Assembly (NCBI GenBank): GCA_002269645.1
Contig: NIVC01002632.1
Span: 90,381 to 154,380, forward strand
DNA: 64,000 bases
Reading direction: 5' to 3'
Source: Macrostomum lignano
Lineage: Eukaryota
The notes below the pieces were generated by a model, which saw nothing but the letters and a program-made list of their open reading frames with translations, searched no databases and had not been told where the DNA came from. Shown in pieces: positions 57,924-64,000 of the stretch (the first letter of the stretch is position 1; each line of letters opens with the position of its first letter). Both the position numbers and the translations under genes were made by a program.

Positions 57924-60900
57924 CAGTGTTAGGCACCAGTCCATTAATAAGCGTCAATCCATTAATAAGCATTAATAAGCATTAAGATTTTTCATTAATG
58001 TTAACAGACTGTCATTAAGATTTTTTTGAACTAACAGATTAACGAATTTGTGTTAAAAATTTTGTGAATTAACAATAAATTCATTGTTAATGGTAGTGTC
58101 TATGTCAATGACCAAAGACGCAAAGAAGGAATGAAAAATAGAAGTCTTACAAGAAGTTTAAACATTACGAATGTATTTGAGCTTACCTATATGCCTAAAT
58201 ATAATCTCTTTATTTATTATGATGATCATACAGACGTACATGTAATTAAAAACTTCTTACAAATAAACTTTAAAATAATGAATTAAAAGTATGAAACTAT
58301 TTCTTGCGCATGAGCATCGATCACTTTGATTTAATTCTGTCTCAATCTTTTGCAACTTTCTGCTACACCTGCTAATGGTGGGTTGTTCTCAGAACTTGGG
58401 ACACAGTAGTGAAAATAATATTTTTCTAAAGGAATCAGTTAACCAGCGATGTTAAACACAAGAGAGATGATGATATATTGCGAAAACATGTATAAACGCA
58501 GAGAAAACACTTTATTTTACAATCAGAAACTGATTTGTTTATTTGCACCGTCAGAAAATTACGAGACTAATTTTTATATGCTAAATATAATATTTAGAGA
58601 AAATATTTTTACTTAAAAACATAAAGATATAGCACGACTAAACTAGCATTTAACTAATGTCTTTTTTCGATTAAATGGGACTGTGTATTTGTTAATATGT
58701 TAAATTTTGATTACACCGAATGATTTTGACTTCCTAAACGGAGAATGTATTAAATTGACATCAGCTACAACGCTACTACCACACTACGGCTACGCGATGT
58801 ATAAAAAATTTAAGCTATTAGTCCGTAGATTTTCTTTGTGCTTGCTTATTTGTTTCTTGCTTTCTTCTTCTTTCTTCTATTTCTTTGAAAGTAGAAATAA
58901 AATATCTTAACTGTCATAATAATCATTATCATAACTAATAAATCAATACGGGAACTCAATTAACTGAATTGAATTTACTGAAAGAATCCATAGGGTTACA
59001 TCGTTTAAATAAATAGCTTATCATTACTGGTTGCTGAAACAAGCAATCTAAATATAAATTTTCATTTCTAAGCAATATAAGGTTTCTCAGGATATAAATA
59101 TTTATTACTGATATTGCAGCCAGATTTACATGGAAAATTGAGGAAAAATTAAAACACTTATACCTCAACTCTCATACTGACTTTCAATATGATATATTAT
59201 GCTCTTTTTAAATATATCTTATTGCAGGTATCAATTTGGTAAGTAGCAATTTCGATTTAAATTAGGTAAAATTGAATGAGAAACTCAATTAAAAACCAAT
59301 TGTAATGTATTTGTAAAGTTTGTAATTTTGTATAATAAAAGGCTGAAAACTGAAAAAATTTGCGTGTCAAAAATTGCCTCAACCAGAATTTTCAAATTGT
59401 ATTTCAGATACATTTATATGCTCAATAAGAAGCACCAATACTGATTAAAATTTGAATTAAAAATGATCACAATGCTTCTAAGATTAAATTTAATGCCAAA
59501 ATTACCAACATGGTTGGTGAATTCATAATGTGGCATATTTTATGAGAAATATATACGTTTAGAAGCGACAACATGGCAATTTCATTGCAGTTGTGCATTA
59601 GGAGTAATCGTAGTTTTTCATGTGTCAGAATAATGGGGAACTTACATTACTGGCACCATATAAATCCATTTTGCAGATAGTCAATCTCAATCTACAGTTT
59701 TCCGTTCTTAGCTCAGAGCTTAGGTCTGGTTTATATAAAATCTTGCAGAACTGGACTGTAATCTGGGAGAAGCTGCTCCACATCATCATCCACCGATTGT
59801 GTATAAAATTATTTCAAGTCATTTCTCTTCCATTGAACGAGCAGAATGCTGCACACAATGTTGCACGCAATGCTGAGAGAAAGCAGAGGCAAGGGAATAA
59901 AGGAGAAGAGAGGTGAAGAGAAGAGAAATGAATTAGGAGAGGAGAGAGAAGAGAAGAAAGAAGAAAAAAAGAGAGAGGAGGAAAGGAGAGAAGAGGAGAA
60001 GAGAGAAAAGGGAGAGGAGAGAAGACGAGAGGAGAGGCGAAGAGAGAAGGGAGAGAAGGGGAGAGAGGAGAGGAGAGGAGAGAGAGGTGAGAGGAAAGGA
60101 GAGGAGAGAAGAAGAGAGGAGAGAAGAGAGCTGAAAAGAGACACAAAACTTGAGCGGGCCGGATTTCTATTGTGAAGTTTTAAAGAACCCGAGGGCTTTG
60201 AGGGCCTTATTTGGTCCGCAGGCTTGCCGCCTCTAGCTTAAATCGTGCGGGATCCCCCATATTCTTATCTGAAAGTGCTGGTTGCCTGATTTTCTCTCCT
60301 ATTTTCCTTCTATTTCCTGCTGGAGATCATCATTGAATGAGTTTTAAAATATATTGGGGCACTAGAAATTGCGGGACTGGATTACGAGCAACTGGATTTC
60401 GCGCGACTGGATTCGAGTTAGACTAGAAGGTTTAGATGGAAGTATTTGTTGTTGTAAATGTATTTAAATTCAGTCGTGTGAAATCCAGTCACGCGAAATC
60501 CATTCACGTGAAATCCAGTCGCGCGAAATCTATAGCGTCACAATATATTTACAGAGGCTACTTAAAAAGATAACAAATCACATAATGTGCACAGATAGTT
60601 TATTAAAGAACACCAACATAATAGAAACTTAAATGGAAACAGAAATCATTTTGAATTTAAAGCTTCAAGATTAGCTACTTTATGCGAGAGAAGTCCTGTT
60701 GTTAAAAGAGTTGTACAATCTGACTTTTTTCACATTGAAAAATCTAAAAAATCCCTAAATAATGATATTAGTTATACTTCTTATACACAATTGCATCTTA
60801 AAAAATACAAAATATTATAGATTTTGCACCACCTTAGGGTGGGTTCTTTGTGTGTGAAGTTTTGTCTTGATTTAGTTCTCCAAGCCTGAGTTATACTGCA

Positions 60901-62781
60901 CTTATAGACAAAATTAATAAAAAAAGCCTAAATATTGACATTATTGCTTATTATTACCCAGATACTTATTCACAATTTAAAACAGTATAACTTTTGCACC
61001 ACCTTATGATGGCTGCTTTATGTATGTGAAGATTTGTCTTGATTTGTTTGTCCAAGTCTGAGATATACTGCACTTATAGACTAAATTTATGCAAAAATGC
61101 TTAAATATTGACATTATTGCTTACTATACCCATACAATTATTCAAATTTTAGAAAATGTGGATTTTTGCACCACCTTAGGATGGATGCTTTATGTGTGTG
61201 AAGTTTTGTCTTGTTTTGTTTGTCCAAGTCTGAGTTATACTGCACTTATAGACTAAATTTATGCAAAAATGCTTAAATATTGACATTATTGCTTACTATA
61301 CCCATACAATTATTCAAATTTTAGAAAATGTGGATTTCTGCACCACCTTAGGATGGATGCTTTATGTGTGTGAAGTTTTGTCTTGTTTTGTTTGTCCAAG
61401 TCTGAGTTATACTGCACTTATAGACTAAATTTATGCAAAAATGCTTAAATATTGACATTATTGCTTACTATACCCATACAATTATTCAAATTTTAGAAAA
61501 TGTGGATTTCTGCACCACCTTAGGATGGATGCTTTATGTGTGTGAAGTTTTGTCTTGTTTTGTTTTTCCAAGTCTGAGTTATATTGCACTTATAGACTAA
61601 ATTTAAGAAAAAATGCTTAAATATTGACATTATTGCTTACTATACCCATACAGTTATTCAAATTTTTGAAAATTATTACTTTGCACCACCTCAGGATGGG
61701 TGCCTTATGTGTGTGAAGTTTTGCTTTCAAATGATTTTCGAGGTCTGAGTTATAGTGCACTTATAGAATGAAAACTGTGCTCTCTAATAGTGGATATTTT
61801 TTGTGAATTATCAAAATACTTTTTAATGAAAGGCTTTCTAAACACTAGACTATACTTTAAATAAGGCTGAAAGCATAAATGTTTGAACTAATGCTTTCAC
61901 TAATAAAAATATTTTCAATGAAGATTCGTTTCCATTAATTTATCAACCGGTTTATTGCATGCTGTCTGAATTTGAAAATTTACAAATTCGTAATTTTTAA
62001 TGTTATTTAGCCAACTTAAGCAGTGAAAAAGAACCAAATGGATATTTAGGATGTGGCATTCTTCTTAAAAATACAATTGCTGCAAAATTTTTTGCTGTGG
62101 CTAAGAAAATTGACTCTTTTTGCAAAAACTTGATTGGCTTCATTCACAAAAACGTATGATTTGACAGCGCGATAACTTTAATTTGGCATATTGGAGCTGA
62201 TAACAGCTTCTTTATTAGATTTTTCCCGTATAAAACCTTTGCTTCTATTTATTTTTGTTAACAATTATTTCCTAAAAAGTTGCAGGACAGTGCAATATTC
62301 TAATAAATTGCTAAGATTTGTTATACTACATTGAACCGAAGTTTTGAGAACGACCCTGGTACTGAAACAACCTTCCTATGCGTATTTAATTATGAATTTC
62401 TCACTATTAGCTTTTAAGTTTCAAATAAAATAAGTTACTTTTTTACCATATGCTTTACTTTTAGTAGTATTATGCATGCAAGTTTTTAAAATGATTATTT
62501 ATTACTTTTTTAGCTTTCAAATTGCTTAGATGACCTCTGTGTTTTGCTAAAAAGATGGAATAGCAAAGACGTGCAATACAAAGTCTGTTTTGGAAAAAAT
62601 GTGCAAGATTTCCATATTTTCTGTGTTAACTTTAATGGATTAACGCTTATTAACAATTATCAGTTAACTTTCAGTTAACCTAACGAATTAGGAGTTAAAA
62701 AAGTTAAGATTTTTTTGTTTTAATGCTAACGCTTATGCTATTAACGGAAGTTAAGATTTTCATTAACGGTGCCCAACACTG
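57924..62781. mobile_element. 4858-bp hAT-like non-autonomous DNA transposon with perfect 8-bp TSD
   Basis: Left end CAGTGTTAGGCACC, right end GGTGCCCAACACTG (1 mismatch); TSD GATATTAC at 57916-57923 and 62782-62789; ATTAAT/TTAAC-rich subterminal regions; no transposase ORF inside. Confidence 0.88.
60820..61780. repeat. About 172-bp tandem repeat, about 5.5 monomers, inside the hAT-like element
   Basis: GCACCACC anchor at 60826, 60996, 61168, 61340, 61512 and 61683. Confidence 0.92.
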
Positions 62782-62873
62782 GATATTACTTTTTTAATAA
62801 ATTATCTTTATTAAAATTAATATTTTAATAAATTTTCAATATATTATCTACAATAATATATGTGGATGACTAA

Positions 62874-64000
62874 TTGATAAATAATACTACTATGAGCAAT
62901 CCAATGCCAAGCAAGCAATTCAAGCAGACAAGACTATGTTTTTTTCCAAGTACTACTAGCTCTGCATCAGCCACTGACACTTCTGTGTCTACATGTATTT
63001 CTAGGGCTGGGACTGCAGGGACCAATCTAGTCAATGACAATGCTTTGGCATCAATAGCTGAAAATTCCAAGTCTACAGCAAATCAGCAGGTATTCAATGA
63101 GCTTCCTGAACTAGTTCTAACAATGCTTCCAGATGCAACACCATCAGTGAGTAACAAATCTTATACTACTGACACTGTCACACAATTGCAACAGACAGAT
63201 ACAAAAGGCAGCTGTACATCTTTGCCTGAACAGCCTTTTCACCAAAGCAATTTGTTTTTTCCAACCAAAACCATAAGTGGCTCATCAAGAAGCTTTCAAC
63301 TATCCTGGTTTGAAAAGCACCCTTGGATGCACTATGTTACATCAAATGATAGTGTGCAATGCTTTTCTTGCCTGACTGCTTACAAAAGAGGCTTGTTTCT
63401 GCTAGGTACAAAGTTGATATGCCTTTTATTGATGGCTTCTCAACTAGAAAAAGCCAGAAAAGCTTTGGTTGCATGAAAGAAGTGAACAACACCGACAGGC
63501 TGCGAGATTGCTCTTGGTCAAAGAGATGCGTTGATTTGTGAGCAGCTTCAGACATGCCACCATGCTCAGCAAGAGTAACACTGTGGCATTGCAGACAATG
63601 TTTGACACTGCTGGCTTTCTGCTTTCACAGGGTCTAGCATTCTAGGCCATGAGTCCAGCAATGGAAATTACATAGAATTTCTACATTTGCGATCAAAGGA
63701 AATACCTGCATTAAAAAGTTGGCTTATTTGTCATGACAATTGGCTATCAACAATATGCAGAATGCAGATATAATATATTATTGCAAGCGCTGTTGCAAAG
63801 GTAATGATGACCAATATTCAAAGAGCAAGTTTTTTCTGTTCTCGCTGATTCAACCCAGGATATTAATGGCTCTGAATAACTAAGCATCATTTTCCATGCT
63901 GTTGATGATAGCTTAACTGTTTATAACACATTTGTTAGGTTCTACTACTACACCAATGCAAAAGGTTACTACTATGGCCAATGCACTGATGGATGTCTAT
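62874..64000 (+). pseudogene. Decayed hAT transposase (ZMYM1-like TTF zinc finger + DUF4371-type region), continues past the window
   Basis: RSFQLSWFEKHPWMHYVTSNDSVQCFSC, then frameshifted QGLAF*GHESSNGNYIEFL near 63630-63685, with multiple stops. Confidence 0.8.

Overview
Eukaryotic genomic DNA: GC-rich exons, GT-AG introns, an intron-containing tRNA-Tyr and very high tandem-repeat content. The architecture and gene families resemble a free-living flatworm such as Macrostomum (inference, not verified). By manual splicing I reconstructed these genes in order: a secreted PAN/apple + ALK/LTK-type glycine-rich protein (-, runs off the left edge); a 9-exon RNase T2 (+); BLOC1S5/muted (-); an i-type lysozyme (+); a TPMT-like methyltransferase (-); an intronless orphan class A GPCR (-); a GT31 galactosyltransferase (-); an intronless DEG/ENaC channel (+); MFSD3 (-); tRNA-Tyr(GTA) (+); an intronless RPLP1 (-); an unknown intronless 266-aa ORF (+); and a 9-exon DHX34 (-). 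Mobile DNA includes two RNase H-type LINE fragments, one of them inside the last DHX34 coding exon. There is also a solo LTR with a 4-bp TSD inside a minisatellite, two SINE families (one CORE-like), two MITEs with 8-bp TSDs, a 4.86-kb hAT-like element with a perfect 8-bp TSD carrying a ~172-bp tandem array, and a decayed hAT transposase at the right edge. Many introns carry their own private minisatellite, and most long ORFs in the supplied track are translations of these repeats. All protein family assignments are from motif recognition by eye; no database searches were run.
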